Part shown: piece by piece, positions 63,600 through 64,000 of the stretch
Numbering within the stretch: position 1 is the stretch's first letter
Layout of the letters: each line of letters starts with the position of its first letter
Assembly (NCBI RefSeq): GCF_964213995.1
Contig: NC_135821.1
Span: 77,562,001-77,626,000 of the forward strand
Length of the DNA: 64,000 nt
Direction of reading: 5' to 3'
DNA from: Mustelus asterias
Taxonomy: Eukaryota
Translations under genes and position numbers: made by a program
The notes under the pieces: generated by a model
Seen by the model: only the letters and a program-made list of their open reading frames with translations
What the model was told of the DNA's origin: nothing
The model's database searches: none

Positions 63600-63800
63600 T
63601 TCTCTCCTAAAAGGATCTAGATGAGAAGTCAATAGAAATTTCACACATTGATATTAGTACATTTTTGTTAGGTAAAGGTACCAAGATCTATGGAGCAAAG
63701 GTAGGTAAATTGAGTTGAGGGACAGATCAGCAATGATAGAATAGAATGGCAGTTAAGGGTCTATAGATTGAATGGTCCCCTCTTGTCCATGTTCCAAGAA
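63600..63800 (+). mobile_element. Old CR1 3' end relic
   Basis: tatggagcaaaggtaggtaaattgagttgagg...gatcagcaatgat...gaatggc. Confidence 0.6.
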
Positions 63801-64000
63801 ACTGAAGTTCATTAGATTTAACCTTCCCCTGGCTAGATAGATAAGACAGGCGGAGGCCAATTGGCTGAAGGGGGAATTCCTCTTCAAGGGGAGGTGAAAA
63901 GCTGCAGAATGTGTGTCTTTCTCCACAACAAATACCACGCAAACTAAATCCCGGCAATGTGAATTCTGAAACATGAGATTTCTGAGGATCAATTTCATTT

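Noticed and set aside
63850-63885. CCAAT box and NF-kB-like palindrome (tgaagggggaattcctcttca) as a promoter
   Set aside because: Short motifs at the window edge with no supporting gene context

Overview
Repeat-dense, non-genic (intergenic or deep intronic) vertebrate DNA, almost certainly from a shark or other elasmobranch, judged by HE1-type V-SINEs, SacSINE1/Deu-type SINEs and abundant CR1 LINEs. No host protein-coding exon could be supported. Contents: two young CR1 subfamilies, including one full-length copy with an intact Zn-finger/SGNH-esterase ORF1; a second CR1/L2-group LINE family that appears to begin with a tRNA-like head, plus its SINE-sized derivative; two decayed Gypsy LTR elements; L2 and RTE relics; several SINE families; a G-rich minisatellite; and eight insertions of a Neptune-type Penelope-like element (PLE, GIY-YIG endonuclease, minimal hammerhead ribozyme). 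The main observation is that all six insertions of the young PLE subfamily, once the empty site is rebuilt from the target-site duplications, sit in one spaced palindrome, (C)TG[G/T]-N14-[C/A]CA(G), with the TSD inside the 14-nt spacer. Four of them hit two homologous positions in CR1 ORF2, twice each. Several inserts carry PLE 3' termini at both ends, and some boundaries coincide with the predicted hammerhead cleavage site. Together this suggests a sequence-directed, symmetric, two-ended integration mechanism. All calls were made by eye; boundaries of old repeats are approximate.
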